Position numbers and translations under genes: made by a program. From contig JARFYF010000012.1 in assembly GCA_030265395.1 (NCBI GenBank), positions 22,350,708 to 22,414,707 on the forward strand: a stretch of 64,000 nt of DNA, in the 5' to 3' direction. Source of the DNA: Rhina ancylostomus. Taxonomy: Eukaryota. This document shows positions 63,420 through 64,000 of this stretch, piece after piece (the first letter of the stretch is position 1; each line of letters opens with the position of its first letter). The notes below the pieces were generated by a model. It ran no database searches, had not been told where the DNA came from, and saw only the letters and a program-made list of their open reading frames with translations.

Positions 63420-64000
63420 AAAAAAGACAGAAAATGCTGGATTTGCAGGTCAGCTACCATCTGTAGAGAGAGAAATATGGTTAACATTTCAGGTCTAAGA
63501 CCCTTTATCAGAACTGGGAAAGAGAGAAAATGTCAGTTTTCAGTAGGACACTGGGAGGAGGGATGGGCAGAACCTCTGATGGGGTGGTTCCAAATGAGTT
63601 AATGCAGGCAGTTAAAGCGCATTAAGTGGATTTTTCTGGGACAGCAGACAAGACTATACTAATAGAAAGAGAACAAATAAGTTAAAATAATGACAGGCAA
63701 ATGGTCAATTTTGATACACGTGGAAACGAAGTGAGTCATCTGAGAATTTGAAACTGAGTCCAGAAAGCTGCAACATGCCCAGATGGAAGATGAGGTGTTG
63801 TTCATCAAACCTGTGTGGGACCTTGTCATAAAAGTGCAGGAGGCCACAGACAGAGAGGTCAAAGTGAGAGAAGGATGGTGAAATTAAAGAGGCAGGTAAA
63901 AGGAGACTCAGAGGCACTCCTGCTGACTGAATGCAGGTGCTTCATTAAGGTACCATCCAATCTGTGTTTGGTTTCTCCACTGTAGAGATCACCATACTGT
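63420..64000 (-). mobile_element. Penelope-like element: GIY-YIG endonuclease C-terminus plus pseudo-LTR
   Basis: Minus-strand YSGETKHRL at ~63.96-63.99 kb and DLSVCGLLHFYDKVPHRFDEQHLIFHLGMLQLSGL (like LEEQHLIFRLGTLQPSGLN), followed by the terminal repeat at 63420-63520. Confidence 0.88.

Noticed and set aside
1-64000. CRISPR arrays, operons, rRNA/tRNA genes, prokaryotic defence systems
   Set aside because: The sequence is vertebrate genomic DNA. No repeat-spacer arrays or gene-dense coding structure were seen, and tRNA-like segments are SINE heads.

Overview
This is eukaryotic, AT-rich, CpG-depleted vertebrate DNA from a gapped scaffold, not a prokaryotic window. The repeat families I recognise by eye point to a cartilaginous fish, probably a ray or skate: CR1, L2, RTE and Rex/Babar LINEs, HE1-type tRNA SINEs, Penelope-derived palindromes, decayed PIF/Harbinger genes and a small LTR. 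I found no intact protein-coding gene. The supplied ORFs are chance ORFs, transposon remnants or N-gap artefacts. The clearest host feature is a small CpG-island promoter at ~33.85-34.13 kb. It carries two E2F-like sites, a CRE, two CLEAR/E-box motifs and a YY1 motif, and a + strand first exon ends ATG|GTAAGT at 33994. I could not confidently identify exon 2 or the gene. Items worth checking: Harbinger transposase and Myb/SANT fossils around that promoter, minimal hammerhead-ribozyme motifs in Penelope termini, a candidate recursive splice site, a nested solo LTR, a 49-bp inverted duplication inside a CR1, and gaps flanked by direct repeats. I cannot support a new multi-gene system here. Repeat boundaries are approximate and family calls come from recalled motifs, not database searches.
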